This document shows, in pieces, positions 45,901 through 60,100 of a stretch of 64,000 nucleotides of DNA. The notes beneath the pieces were generated by a model that saw only the letters and a program-made list of their open reading frames with translations, did no database searches and was not told the origin of the DNA. Both the position numbers and the translations under genes were made by a program. Numbering within the stretch: the first letter of the stretch is position 1; every line of letters starts with the position of its first letter. Where the stretch lies: assembly GCA_965603825.1 (NCBI GenBank), contig CBFDEM010000054.1, forward strand, positions 372,001-436,000, read 5' to 3'. Source of the stretch: Blepharisma stoltei ATCC 30299. Taxonomy: Eukaryota > Protista > Ciliophora.

Positions 45901-47250
45901 TTAAGCTGTGCTTTGGATTTCAGGTTGGGGTGCTTGCTCTTGAGGAGTGTACGAAATTTCTTGTTCTTTATCAAGTATTTTCTTAATCCTTTTGCAAAAC
46001 TTTCCATCTAAACTAAAGTAATACAGCCCAGGGCATGGATATTCATCGATTATAAAGTAGACATAATTCATAAAGCTTGCACGGTGACTTACCAAGTGCC
46101 AATTTGGAATATCAGAATTTTCTACTGGCTGCCAATCATAAGGATTTCCTATCCCACTTTCGTATATCTTCCCTTTAGTCTCAATCACAAAGGCTCTCCC
46201 AAGTCCTTCACATATAATCTTGGTGCTTCCTTCATCTGCAAATGTCAAAGTTTTATCATAGCTCATTGCTAATGGGTCATAAATAAACATAAAAGTAAGC
46301 CCTAGCCCAGAAATCAGCATTTTATTAGCAAACACACAAGTAGAGGCATAGTAAGTTGAATTTGGCAAGACAGGTAATTTTGTCCAGACATTTCTTTCCA
46401 AACTATATCTTTCAGCCAGGGTCATAGGCTGATTTCCATCGTTGCCGCCAAAGCAGTATACACATCCTTCAAAAAATGCAGCACTTGACGACCTGCAAGG
46501 AGTTCCAACTGCTAAAACTTGCACTTTATTATCGAAAGCCATAGTAAATGTCACTCCAGTTACTTTTGCATCTATCATACTACCAAAACAGAAGATTTTG
46601 CCGTCTGGGATCAGACACATGCAAGTCCTGAAGTCTACATTAAAAGGTAAAGACAGCTCATTATCTTCGATTTCCCAATCCCTAAAACTGATGCTTCTTA
46701 AATTTTTCGTATTGTGCTGGAATAAGCAAATATCAAAACCTACACATTTCGGAGTTTCTGGGGTGTGAAATTGTTCGTCACGGTCCAATAGTTCTTGGGA
46801 TTTTGGCACGAAATTTTTTAATTCTGATGAAAGTCCTTCTACTGTGCTTGTGCTTAATAATTTTTCGATTTCATTAGGGTTATCCTTAGGCACATCAATT
46901 CTATTTTGAACTTCTCCAAGAAAATATTTAAACCTCTCCAAGTCTTCTTCGATCATTGCAAAAATTTTATGTGCTGCTTCCTGCTCATTTGGCAGCTCGA
47001 GCAATTCTTCTTCTACTTGCTTTCTTAGTGAATTTAAGCTTCTTATTTTGTTTTTAAAGTAACTGAGGAGATATGCTTTGACATCTTCTGGAGGAGTTAG
47101 GTAGAGTGGTCTGTTATAATGAGGTCGAGGGCCAGGTACACTTATATGCTCTTTTAAGTGTCCTGCACAAACATAAGTCTGCTCTGGGGTCAAGCACATA
47201 CAAACGTGATCAGCTCTTTGTCCACACCCTTCATAATAGCAAAGGCTCAT
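45901..47250 (-). CDS. Kelch-repeat protein with N-terminal Cys/His module and coiled coil
   Basis: N-terminal C..C..CMC..C..H...H. Kelch blades (VYCFGGNDGNQPMTLAERYSLERNVWTKLP; FIYDP). Confidence 0.8.
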   Translation of the reverse strand: MSLCYYEGCGQRADHVCMCLTPEQTYVCAGHLKEHISVPGPRPHYNRPLYLTPPEDVKAYLLSYFKNKIRSLNSLRKQVEEELLELPNEQEAAHKIFAMIEEDLERFKYFLGEVQNRIDVPKDNPNEIEKLLSTSTVEGLSSELKNFVPKSQELLDRDEQFHTPETPKCVGFDICLFQHNTKNLRSISFRDWEIEDNELSLPFNVDFRTCMCLIPDGKIFCFGSMIDAKVTGVTFTMAFDNKVQVLAVGTPCRSSSAAFFEGCVYCFGGNDGNQPMTLAERYSLERNVWTKLPVLPNSTYYASTCVFANKMLISGLGLTFMFIYDPLAMSYDKTLTFADEGSTKIICEGLGRAFVIETKGKIYESGIGNPYDWQPVENSDIPNWHLVSHRASFMNYVYFIIDEYPCPGLYYFSLDGKFCKRIKKILDKEQEISYTPQEQAPQPEIQSTA

Positions 47251-47788
47251 ATTTATTACTATAATGCAACCTTCAATTGGGAAAATTCAATCTTGGAATT
47301 ATTAATTCTGGTAAATATTTTTACATTAGCATGAAAATAATTTAAGTTGTCATTAATTTCTTATAGATATCATTAGCTCCATAAAAATAAGCACTTATAA
47401 CTTATGAAGAGATATTAAAAAGGCTATGGGGATAATTTTAATTTGGAAAAATTATATTTGATCTTAAAGTTTGAATAATAAATACATTTTATATATTAGA
47501 GTTTATCTCATAGTAGTTCAAGAGAAGATGGTTAGCGACTTTATTTATTATTCACATAAATTCTAATAAAAATACAACTTATTAACGTTAATGAAAATTT
47601 AATTATTAAAATCTATTAAAGCTATCATTAGAAATATTTGTTAATATTTTATATTAAAATCTTTAATTTGTTTTAAGCACTTTTCATATGTTTAAAAAAT
47701 CATTTAAATTTAAATTGTTATATTATATTAAGCTAAAAATTGCAAAGAATTAGCTTATGCCAAAATTGTTTTATCAAAAAATCACTAT

Positions 47789-48940
47789 TTATACGTCTCT
47801 TATCTCTGAAAGAGCATTGAATACTGAATCTTCATTAAATTCCTTATAAGTAAAAATTTCCCCTACATCGCTACAATCCACACTCGGGGAATAAATAAAA
47901 TCAACTGTGCTCAAATGATCTGCTTCATTATTTGGGAGCTGATTCAAAAACGATTGGTTACTGAATGATATTTTCAAGTCAATCGAGTTTTCTTGTTTGT
48001 GTGCTTTGCTTTTCATGATTTGATTATAAATATCTTCAACGGGGTATCCATTTGATTTTACCGCATTGACTAGTTCTCTGAATAGTTTCAATCTCCCTTT
48101 CAACTCTTTTGCATAATCATTTGATTCCTTTAGTAGATCTTTTAGCGTGTGATTGTCATTTCGCAAGCTTTTCAGAGATTCTTTGCCATTTAGCTTCTCA
48201 TTTTTCAGCTGAAGTTTCAAGGATTCAATTTTTTCTTGAAAATAGCAGTTCTCCTTATTTTTGTCACTTAAATTTGAATTTAATTCCATGTTTTCAACTG
48301 CGAGCTTTTTGAATCTTTTCTTTAGAAGCTTCAAAGTATGAGTTGCTTCTTTTAATTTTCCATTTATTATCTCGATTTTCTGGCTTTTAGCTTTCATTTC
48401 TTTATCTAAAAAATTAATCCATTCATCATATCCATTTTTTATCTGTCTCAGAACTTTTGAATATGGGTTTTCAATTGTGATCAGCTCTTCCCACATTTTA
48501 TTATAAATTTTGAACTTATCTAAGCTGATTACACATTCTTCGCCTAATTTTTGCATTTGGTAATTAATTTTCGATTCCAGTGCATAAATGTCCAAATTTT
48601 TTTCAATTGTGGATTTAGTCGAAGGAGTCGTACAGTCGGAGCTCATTTGTTCGATTTCTGATATTGTTGTTGTGAAAAAGCTTTCAGGGCTTTTGGAATT
48701 TGATAAAGAGTTAAATATAAGCTTAGATTGTGAGTGCGATTTGGGTAAGGAGTTGTGGAAAAGTGTCCGTTCTAAATCTTTCGGATTATTCTGTAAATCG
48801 AGTTTTGACTGCAGGTTTATAGCGAATGAGATGTTTTGTTCTATCATTGGTGACCGTGATCTTTGGAAAGAGGATCGGCCTTGTGGAGTTCCTGATCTTA
48901 TTCTTATAGACTTATCATTCAGCTTTTTATCGTGGCTCAT
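47789..48940 (-). CDS. Coiled-coil protein, possibly with a TSNAXIP1_N-like segment
   Basis: 383-aa uninterrupted ORF. Ser-rich N-terminus, then KFKIYNKMWEELI..YSKVLRQIKNGYD and a coiled coil. The domain assignment is weak. Confidence 0.6.
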   Translation of the reverse strand: MSHDKKLNDKSIRIRSGTPQGRSSFQRSRSPMIEQNISFAINLQSKLDLQNNPKDLERTLFHNSLPKSHSQSKLIFNSLSNSKSPESFFTTTISEIEQMSSDCTTPSTKSTIEKNLDIYALESKINYQMQKLGEECVISLDKFKIYNKMWEELITIENPYSKVLRQIKNGYDEWINFLDKEMKAKSQKIEIINGKLKEATHTLKLLKKRFKKLAVENMELNSNLSDKNKENCYFQEKIESLKLQLKNEKLNGKESLKSLRNDNHTLKDLLKESNDYAKELKGRLKLFRELVNAVKSNGYPVEDIYNQIMKSKAHKQENSIDLKISFSNQSFLNQLPNNEADHLSTVDFIYSPSVDCSDVGEIFTYKEFNEDSVFNALSEIRDV

Positions 48941-49607
48941 TTTTATAATTTTGGAATTTATATTTAATAAATTTAAATTGAAAATTTTAAGATAAAAGCA
49001 TTTAAGACTATAAAATAATTCGCAAGGTAGAAAAAGAGTTTAAACTTTAGAAATAATTATTCACCTATATAGCATGATTTTTGAAAACGGCTGACACAGT
49101 GTTGACATATTTATGTATTATAGCCTTTAAATCTCATTTTTTTATTTTATTTAATTAGTTAATTATAAATTAGTCAATTATTGCAAAATAGAGTGGATAT
49201 AATTGAATTAAGATCGATATTTTCTTCCCAACTGCAGTTAGAGACCTTGCATTTCGAAAAATTTTGAATAATCTTGCCTTAGATTACAGCAAAACACTAT
49301 TCGAACTAAGCATAAAGCAAATAAAATATTTTTGATCCATATAAAATAATCTACTTTCTGCAAAATATGCACATTTTCATTGTTTTTAAGTTAAATTTAT
49401 AAATAATCTAAAATTTTTAAACACTTTAATTTTCTTGTGTTAGTTTTACAGATTCCAAGCTTTATCCATCATAAACACAATTTTTTATATTGCTATAAGC
49501 AATTAATTATAATCATCCTATGATCTCAATCTTTGAAGCATGGATCGATTGGACTAATAATTTGAATAATTATTATATCCAATTATTAATTTCAATAAGT
49601 AAATAAA

Positions 49608-50303
49608 CTACCTTATTCTTCTATCAATTTCATTTTCATCCAAAATTTGTACAGCTTTTGGCTTCTTTTTATTGCTTCTAATTTTCTTTGGCCTATTATA
49701 TACATCATAATCTTCAATTTCCACTTCCATATCTTCATATATCATTTCTTCCATAAGCTCTTCAGCATAAAGTCTATCAAAATCTTCCTTCCCAAAAGCA
49801 TGCCTACTTTTCGGCTTTTCTACCTTGAAATTCTCAACTGTTTGCCATTGATTGGATTTTTTTCTCTTAGAAGGACTAGGCTGATTCTTTTTTGGTACTC
49901 CAAAGTCTGAGAGAGAAGGCATGCATTCATTTTCCAAGTGCTCTTTCAAATCCTTCCTCATGACATATGCCAAACATTTATGGCATTGTTCTGTTCTGAT
50001 AGAGCAAAGGTCCTCATGATCAGTGGACTCAAATTCTGAAAATATGCACTCACAAAATGGGCATTGGAAGAAATTGTGAGGGCAGGAGTGGGTATTAAGC
50101 TCCCAAGCATCCATTTTGGCTTGGCAATACACACATTCAGTGCTTTTGTGTTTCAGCGCCATATGGGCTTCTGAGTCTTTAATGCTGACAGTATCCCCAC
50201 ATATGCACTGGAATATGAACCTTTCACAGTGGGCAATGTGAAGATCATACACACTTGGGCTAACTGATTTCCCACAATTACAGCAAAGCTGCTCTTTTTC
50301 CAT
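49608..50303 (-). CDS. TRAF-type zinc-finger protein (XAF1/TRAFD1-like)
   Basis: Repeated CxxC..H...C fingers (CCNCGKSV..DLHIAHCER; CPFC..HEDLCSIRTEQCHKC..LKEH). Confidence 0.8.
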   Translation of the reverse strand: MEKEQLCCNCGKSVSPSVYDLHIAHCERFIFQCICGDTVSIKDSEAHMALKHKSTECVYCQAKMDAWELNTHSCPHNFFQCPFCECIFSEFESTDHEDLCSIRTEQCHKCLAYVMRKDLKEHLENECMPSLSDFGVPKKNQPSPSKRKKSNQWQTVENFKVEKPKSRHAFGKEDFDRLYAEELMEEMIYEDMEVEIEDYDVYNRPKKIRSNKKKPKAVQILDENEIDRRIR

Positions 50304-51181
50304 TATAAGTATTCAAATAAAAAGGAAAGTCAGCTTTTGGAAATTTTAATATTAATTTCTCTTCAAAATCCTTGAAAAGTAAGATTGTCCTACACTTCTT
50401 AATTCAAAGATAAAATGATATTAATTATATTGTTAAAATGGATGATGTCAGTGATTTTGTTTTCCTAATAACAGGTTTAAAAATAAAGCATGATTTTACT
50501 GAGTCTACTTATAATCAAAGTAATAAAGGAAGGTTATTTAATTCAGCTTAATACCATTCTTTGCAACATAAATCAGCTTGTCCTTTTATTAGAAATACCA
50601 CAGTTTGGTAGATTAAAGGAAATTTTCTCCAATATTAAGAGGATACTCAAAATAGGATATAGTCTATAAAATAAACATCAATAAGACATTAATAAAAGAT
50701 ATGGAAAGTCTCATACATGACTGGTAGTAATAAAATACTTAATTAATAAATTATTACCTCTTTTAATCTTTTGATTTTTGCTATTTTTACCTAAATATTT
50801 TGATATGGAATAAAATAAATTGAAGCAAAAGCAAGTTTTACTTAAAAGGGAAAATGAACTTAGATCATAAACTCAGATTTGATATTTGTGTCTTATTAAT
50901 AAATCTTGTTACTTTCTTATTAAATATCACTATGATTCTCAATTGATCGCATTTTGCAACGCCGAATAGGGCTTTTCTAAAGCCAAAATATATTGAGAAG
51001 TAAAAGCATATACCATAAATAGATCGAGAATTAGAATAGGTAAGACTTTGCCGATCTATTTTAAAATAAATTTGTAAAAGCTAAATATCAATTCTTCATT
51101 AATCGGAGAGGAATAAAAAAATTATCGATTAGACTTTACTTATTTTAAAAGACTTCATTATAGCCAAATTAAATATAATAA

Positions 51182-54100
51182 ATGAAAAGACTTCTATTTC
51201 TTTGCTTAATCATCTTGAAAATATCATGAGCATCAATCTCTAGAATTGCAATCGTATCATCACGACAATATATTTCTAATTCACTAGTTACTCAAAGTTT
51301 ATCGACAATTCAAGCATCATCTTATTGATCTTTTTCCTGCTTTTATCATCAAATCACATCAATTACCTCCTCAACTTTCTATAACATTTATTCAATTCAT
51401 GTTACTGACTCAACAACAATCCTTATTCAGCTATCACGAAACAAGTCAGCCTTTCAGCACATAGTAGCTTTGGGTTCCGCTTCGCAGACATTAAGTGTGG
51501 ATGTAGCTGAAAATCTTGAAGATTGATTTTTAATAAATTTCGTTGTTTCTTGGACTGGGGTAGCGCAAAAGAATGATTTGCTACTTAAAGTAACTAGTCT
51601 AAGTACAGGCGATACATGGTATAATTCAATAACAGGACTTACAAATGGTGTGGTTACAAGCTTAAGTGGGAGCAACTACAAAATTGACTTTGGAGATTCT
51701 GATTTTACAAGCACAAATTGAGCGCTTATATATGATATGATGTATTTTAATGATTCATATTATACAAATCTTACTGGATCAAGTAATACTACTATATCTA
51801 CAACCAATTGCCCATCTGATTCAAGTCAATCTATATCTTTATCTAGTCCTTTATCGATAGCTATACAAAATAGTGAATATTCAGTTCAGCTTCCATTTTC
51901 TATATCAGACTATTCGTATGAACTTAGCTGCACAATTAGTTTAACTTCTCCAAGCGATGGCTCTGCAAGCTGTACGAATGGGCTTTTTACTATTAGTAAT
52001 CCTACTTCTGCTGGAACTTATACTTTCTCATCTAGCTGTAGCTCAGTGATTCGCTCTTCAGTTGTTTCAATAAGTATAGCATCAACTGCACTATTGGCAA
52101 TATCAGCTTTCACTACACATAGTTATAGCCTAAATAGCTTAGCAAAGATTCCGGTCGAGTTTACAGATTCTGTGTATGGCACAACTTCTGCTGCATATAC
52201 TTATCAATTGACTACAAGCTCGACATATATGTTTTTAGACACTTATTCTTCTACAACTCCATACATAGTATGGGCTATAATTAGTAGTGAGACTGCTGCT
52301 GTGACTATAAAAATAACTGATATAGGATCCCAAACAGTAAGTCTTTCTGATACCTTTAATACTGAAACAACAACAACAGCAAGTTCAGCCACTGTAACTG
52401 CTCCAGAGATTAACACTCAATACACTCCAATTTATTGTGTTACAAATAGAATCTGTCTTTCTGCTATTTCTGATCTAATTTCTAATCCAGATAATCTTGT
52501 GCTCACTATCACAGCTACTCATTTTAAAGTAACTAGCGAATATTTATATCTCGAATCAAGCACTTCTACGACTTTTACTGAAACTTTAAGTATTACTGAC
52601 AACTACGCAAATCAATATGCTTTTAGCATTGACGTAGCTATCAGTTCCCCATTATTAATTTCTCCAGTGCCTAGCCAATGATATTCTGATTCAACTAATA
52701 GCATTGATAATCAACTGATAGTTTATTATGAATCGACACTAATTACAAATTATGAAACACCAATAATTATAACCCCATACTCCAGTTCATACCTTTCATT
52801 TTCAAGCAGCAGCATAACAGGCACAGCTTTGGACTCATATAATGGGATTCTGCATGTAATTTACATAGAAAAATTAACCCCCAAAACCTATGGGTATATG
52901 TACTTCTCATATGCTTATCTTGCATGTCCATCGCTGCCAAGCAATTCAAGCCCATTTCAAGCTACTTATGGTGTCTTATTTACTTCTGGAAGCTTTTTTG
53001 CAGATAGCCAAGGGGCATATGATTATTCTATTTCTAGCACAGATTCGTCTATTAAAATAGAGGAATTCAGAGGAATTATAACGTGGCCTAGCCCTACATC
53101 ATCAATCTCTGTGACAGTATCAATTTCAGACAAAAGGTGCTCTGTGAGGAGTTTATCTTATCAAATAACAGTAAGTGGAGGCAATGTGGGGACCATTACA
53201 CTTCCATCAGCCGATACTTTTCTTCTGTATTATCATACAACTTTTTCAGCCCAGGCTGCTACAAGTTTGTCTAGTATTAGCTCAGTTACTATATCTCCAA
53301 ATGATATTACAGCAGCATCCTCAGGGTCAAATATAAATTTGTCAGATACATATGTAAATTATCAAACCAGCAAAAGTTTTACTCTTACAGCAACTGATGG
53401 TACAAATTCATGCAGTGCCGATTTCTATGTTACAATTTACATCCCTCCATCTCCTGCAATACAATCTTCGCTATGGCCTTCAGACTATTATTGTTTAACT
53501 GGTTCAACTTATACTCTTGATGTTAGCAAATGTAATTTATACTTAGATGTAACTTACTATATAAACCCATATGAAGGAAGCCTTGGGGTTTACCCACAAA
53601 TTAATATGCCTTTTACTATCAACAACATGCTCTTGACTTGGCCAAACCCTTCAGGCTCTCAATCCTTTGGTATAATAGCCTGCGTCAATCTGGAGTTTTG
53701 CATTCCACAGACATTAGCAACAATTGCTTGCCATAATTTGCAAATAATCATTCCATCAACTGCAAATTTATACGCCCATGTTAAATTTACGTTAAGCGTT
53801 ACGGCGACAGATAACAGCAATAGTATTTCAATATCAGGACTAACTAGCTTATATCTCACTGGTGAAAATCCTCCAGATATGACAGTTGACTCATCAACAG
53901 GAGTTATATCTTGGACTCCATCTGACTATTATGCTGGAAAGACTATAAGCGTTATAGTAAGTGCTAACTATACTGCTAATTCAGCTGTCTATACAGGTAA
54001 TTATTATTTAGACACGAAAACTATTGCTTTGACTATTAATGCTCACAGCTTACTTACTTTACAAACAAATTCAATCCCCGCAACTGAAACTTCTTGCTTC

Positions 54101-57100
54101 GTTACCACTTCTAATATAAGCCAAGACTGCGAGCTTACTGACAGCCTTGACACTATTTTAGGAATAAATTCCAGCCAAAGGCAGCCTTATACTTTACTAA
54201 CCTCACCAACAGACTCTTCATACTCAATTACAAGTGATAATAAAGTGAAATGGGGTCGATCATCAGAGACCACTACAGCACCATCAAAAGCTATTACAGT
54301 TGTTGTCACTGATACGCTTGGCGCCGTTATATATCTAACACCCTTCCAATTTTTCCCTAATTATCAGCCTATAATATCTTCATTGTCTCTAACATCATTT
54401 GAATCAAGCGCTCAAGTCGAAAATGCCTATTTAAATTCATACTGGGAAAGATCTTTCACCATAACTGATGGTCCATTAACATATCCAGGAAGTTTGCCTA
54501 TATCAAGTTTAGTTATATCAAATGACTGGAGCGAAGTTATTTATAATGATAACGGCGTCTTAAAGTGAACACCTATAAATAGTGCTCTGGTAGGGAAATA
54601 TGTGAAGATTACTTTAACTTATACTGACACTAGAACGCCACCTTCTATAGTATCCAAATCTTATAGCATTGATGTTTACAGCAACACTCCTCCATCCATG
54701 GCGCAGTCCATCCCTAACTCTGATCTAATTTGCATAATAGACGAACTCTATAGACTAAATCTGCAGAACTACATAGTTGACTCTGATTCAAATGATTGAG
54801 GATTTCAACTAGTCAGCCCCACTACCCTATCAATGCAGGTTACAGGATCAGTTTTTTCATGAACTCCTACAGCTGACTTGATTGGAACTTTCGTTGCAGT
54901 CAACATCACGTTTTGGGACATTCCCTCTTATGGATTTAATTCTAGAATCATCAATTTTAATGTTCAGCCTAAGCTTTGTTTAATCCTTACAAACTCTATT
55001 GCAGACTTTCAGAAATATTTTAGAGCACAAGTACAAATTTGTTCAGGCTCGACTTATTTTAAAATTTCTTGGTTAAAATTTGAACTTACTTCTCCAGATT
55101 TGCCATCAGATTTTAACATTGACCAGAATTATGGAGATATTATATGGCTAAGCCCTAATAGTGCTTTAAGTTTCAATGTGAAGGTTTCTTATATTAATTC
55201 AAATCTATTTTATGACAACAGTATTACTCAAACGTTTCAAATCACAATAAGGCCAACATCAATATACCCACAATTTGGGAGTAGTATTCCTATTGCTGAT
55301 AGTATAAAGACTGCTAATTCAGGAAGCTTATGAAGTTTAGATGTCACTTGCTGGCATCCATTAGAAGGTGTAAGCATTACTGTTTCTACAAATAAAATGG
55401 CATACTCTGTTAGCGGATCAGCTATTAGCTGCTCATCAACTGGCTGCTCATCTGCTACTCTTAACTGAACTCCAACTGATACTGATTTAGACTCGGGCTT
55501 GGTGGTGTTAAGCTGTACCACAGAAACAAGTAGCATAACTACAACATATGCATTTATTCTTGCTCCAATATATAGAACAAGAACCACTCCAAAGTGCACT
55601 GGCGCTACCTTAAGTCTTACAGAGTATTCAAACTATAACTATCAAATGATATGAACTGATCAGGATGCATTATTCCACGATATCACAATATATGAGACTT
55701 CTCCTAGTGGTCTTGCTAATTTTACACTTTATAAGTGAGGGTATTTTGAATGGCACCCAGTTGAGCCTCACAGTGATTTTCAAATGGGCTTGACTATTCA
55801 AGATAATTATACTACAGGCAATTGCTATTTGACATTAAATTTCGGATTTGACTATCAGGAACCTTGGATAACAAATGCAATTAATGCTAAATATTGCGAT
55901 GGTGATCAGCCAAGTCCTTGCGCCATTGATGTTAGTCTTCCAATAGCTGGAAACGTTAAAACATATAGTATAAATGATACAAATAATTTCATAAACTATG
56001 CCACTTCAAAGGCAACTTGGGGCCCAAGCATAGTTTTACCATACGTGTATATTGAGTATAGCGGATTTGGATATCATGGAACAAACGCTAAGACTACAAC
56101 AATGCTGTGCCAAGGAGTTCAATGCAGATTATGGCCTGTGATTCTTTATATTGACAGTCCTAGTGTTGGTACCTTGTGCACAAAGTCTGGTGATTCTTTA
56201 ACCTGCCAAGTGTTTTCTCCAGCTTCTCAGTTGATTCTTAATATTCTTGGTTATAACTTTGGAAATATTCCTCCTAGTGTTTGAGTTGGCAATAAGGATT
56301 GCTCAGTAATAACTTCCACAGATACTACTATTTCCTGTACTATCCCAATGCCAACTTTTGGATATGCGCAGAATTTGTTGATCATTGTAAAGAGAAATGA
56401 TAAAGACTATACTGGGTCGCCAAAAAAATGGTTTAATTATTATCAAAGCGCTCAGCCAATTTTATATCCCCCAGCTATATCGCCAATTTATATGTACCCA
56501 GACGATGATAGCAATATTATAGTGCCTCTGTGAGCAAATTTTATACTGCCTATATGTACTTGCCAAGCAGTTGGAGGAGGAAGCACTTTATATGGAATCT
56601 TTTCTTTTCAAGGCACATATTCTGAGTGCTCATTTTCTTCTTCCGTTTTTGTAGCTAATACAGATTATAATATACAGTTATGCTGTAGCTCATGCAGTTC
56701 TCAAAACTACCTTATTCAAATAGCAGACATAAATTTAAATATAGATAGTAACTCAAATTTCGGGCATAATCACGGCTTATATGACGTTACTACAACTATG
56801 ACTTTTGGGGGGACTTATACAGTGTCAAATATAATATATAAGCTTGGCAATAGATATTTTTCATTTAGCAGCCTAAATAGTGTCTCACAAAGTGAGTTTA
56901 CATTCCAAATGCCGCCTTACTCAGAAACCAGCTCTAACCCGTTCTTAAGGGTCTCACTTAATCATGGTCTAACCTTTTCTTCTGATTCTCAATCAAAAAT
57001 TTTTACTTTTGTAGGGCGTTGCACGCTTGGCCAATATATAGATGGTAACAATTGCGTTGCCTGTCCTGCAGGCTCAAAATGTACAAGCGTTTTTTCTTCA

Positions 57101-60100
57101 GCGACAATTTATTATTTTTCTCCTGAAGTGTGTGATCTTGGCTATTTCCAAGCCAACACTGGACAATCTTCCTGCACTATTTGTCCCAGAGGTCAGCAAT
57201 GCTATTGCAGAGGAATGGTCGCTTCAGTTAATTGTGATGCAGGATTTATGTGCGCCGCTGCAGGAACAGTAAAGAGATATAAGCCATGCGTTGATGGCAG
57301 CTGGTGTGATGCAGCAATTACCAATGAAACAGAATCGTTTTACCAAAATGACATGCCCACTGAAATGAATCCAATCAAATGTGATAAACAAAGCTACTGC
57401 CTGTATGGAGTTTATTCACACGTGATTGATACCACTGATCTTTATAAAGCTCAGCCTTGTGCTGATGGATACACTTGTGATATAGGCAGTAAAAATAAAT
57501 ACGGGATTCTAATGTGCCAATCTGGGTATTTTTGTATTGATACTTCTGGAACAATAACAGATCCAGATCTTTTAAAATTAGACTTGAGTAACTGTTATGG
57601 AGCTTTCTGCCCATGCCCAAAGGGCTATTTTTGTCCATCAACGACAGAGAGAAAGCCTACAATGTGCAATTTAGGATATTATCAGGATAAAATAGCTCAA
57701 GCTAGTTGCGATCCATGCCCTGCTGGCTACTATTGCCCACAATCAACAAGCTCACCACCAAGTGCAACAGTGTTATGCCCTAAGGGCTATAAATGCCCAG
57801 CGCTAAGTTCAAAATATATAGCGTGCGTAGTAGGGACTTATCAAGATCAAGCAGGAGAAAGCGACTGCGCTCTTTGCCCTATAGGAGCCTATATCAATCA
57901 AATTGCTCAAACAAGCTGCAAGATATGTGATAAAGGCTATATATGCCCAGTAACAGGAATATCTACAAATAAGGTTGATTGCCCCATCGGGTATTATTGT
58001 GTTGCTGGAACAAATCATATGGAAAACGGTTGTGACCCTACTTTTATATCAAAATCTACTGATACTTTAGTTTATCCGAATGCATGTGATGAGGGATATT
58101 ATTGCCCTAAAAATTCATATAATGCAAAGCCATGTGGCGTCAGAACTTATAATGGTGACACTTGCAAAGCAGCTTGTGTAAGCTGCCCGAATGGATATAT
58201 GTGCAGCGAGGCAGGCATGTCAGCACCTACTCCATGCCCAGCAGGGTATACATGTGTAACCTTCACTCAAGCTCTTTGCCCTCCTGGATATTACTGCTTA
58301 ACAAAAACTGAAACAACTGATCCAACATCTTCTCTTGAGAATAGACCTTTACCTTGTGCTGCCGGGCACTATTGTGTAGGAGGTAACACCTGAGGAGTTT
58401 ATCTGCCAAGTGATGATAACTCTGCATCAGTTTGTAGCATTGGACAATTTATGAACCACACTGCTGCTTCTTCATGCTATACTTGCCCAGGAGGCTATGA
58501 GTGCCAATCGAATGCTTTAACAGAGCCTTCTTTGTGTCCAGGTGGAACATACCGTCCTGAAGGGCTAACTCCAATAAACTGTGTTCAATGCGCTGAAGGG
58601 ACTTATAATAACAATACAGGGTCATCAGATCCAGGTGACTGCATAAATTGTCCTGCAGGTATAGTATGCACTTCATCAGGAATTTCCTGGCTTAATAGCT
58701 CAAATACAGAAGAATGCTCTGGTGGCTATTATTGCCCGGCTGGTACAAGTCGTGGGACAAAAAACAGCAATAGATGTAGTGAAGGGTATTATTGTTTCAG
58801 TGGCACCAAATCATATGAAGAATCATTAAACAATGTATGCCCTGCTGGGAGATATTGTGCAGCTGGAACAGCAGCAACTGAAGAAGCATACGAGAAATGT
58901 CAAACCTCAAGCGATTGCAGCATTGGTGTTGCCTGCACTCCAGGATATTATTGCCCTTATGGAGTCACAACCATGCAAAAATGCCCAGTAGGAACGACTT
59001 CTAGCTCTGGAGCTATTAGCATAAAAAAATGCTACAGAGATACTTCGAACTTTTACGATGTGTCTATATTAAAAACAGCTGATGCATATCCAGTGTATAC
59101 TATTGAGCCTAACACTTATCAAGAATTCATACTGAATTATACAAGCTACTACAATGGAGCTGTCGTACCAGTTGATCTACAACAAACGACTATTATAACT
59201 CCTGTTGACTCTAGCGGAAGAAGGTTATCTGATGACAAATCCACAAGAGTCCTAATTATAAGTCACCAGAACTATGGGACGAAACAAAGTATTCCTATAA
59301 ACAACGTTGAGGAATACGTTCTAAATGGAGATAGAACACTTGTTTTAGGAATCCACTCTAATATTAGAGCTGAGGTAAAGTTTGAATTGGAATTTTTAGA
59401 CGGAGAATATAACTCAAAGTCCAGTTGGATAACGACTGACACGAGTGTAAGCACAATGAACCAAATATCTTCAGTTACTTATAGCGCTGGATTTTTGTGT
59501 GTGATTACAAGAAATATTGGTTCTCTAATGAGTGATCCAATAAATTTGTATAAGATATTTCAACTAAATTCAAGCTATAAACCTGTCGATACATACATGA
59601 ATTGGGAAAATCGCTTTTACCTTACGCTAATAACGAATGATGCTGAAAATGCTGACTGAGTCAAAAACTCTACTAGTCAATATTCTTATTCGATATGGGA
59701 TAACTTAACTGTAAGTTCATATCCTACATCCTATATTCCTTATGTAACAGATTGCTATCCAAGATATGGCTCAACTCTTTCTATTGTAAACCTAATCAAC
59801 GATCAAATGTGCACTAAAGTTGCAAATCCAGTCCCTGTTGACCTTTATGGGTTTTTTACTGAAGTTGTAGGGGACAGCTGCTCTTACAAGCTATCATGTG
59901 ACTATGGACTAGATCTATCAAACTTAAATAGACAAGCTCGTTGGTATGAAGCAGAAACCGCTAAAAATAATGCAAAAGGATCTTCTAAGCAAAAATATCC
60001 ACCTTTTTATATAACGAGGCAAATGGTTTCAAGTGACGATATACCAAGCTTAACAGATTTGTCTTCAAATAATACAGATTTAATTCCTATAAGAGTATCC

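Noticed and set aside
47251-51181. Long AT-rich spacers as possible IESs, transposon remnants or ncRNAs
   Set aside because: No terminal inverted repeats, telomeric repeats, tandem arrays or convincing structured RNA were visible by eye.
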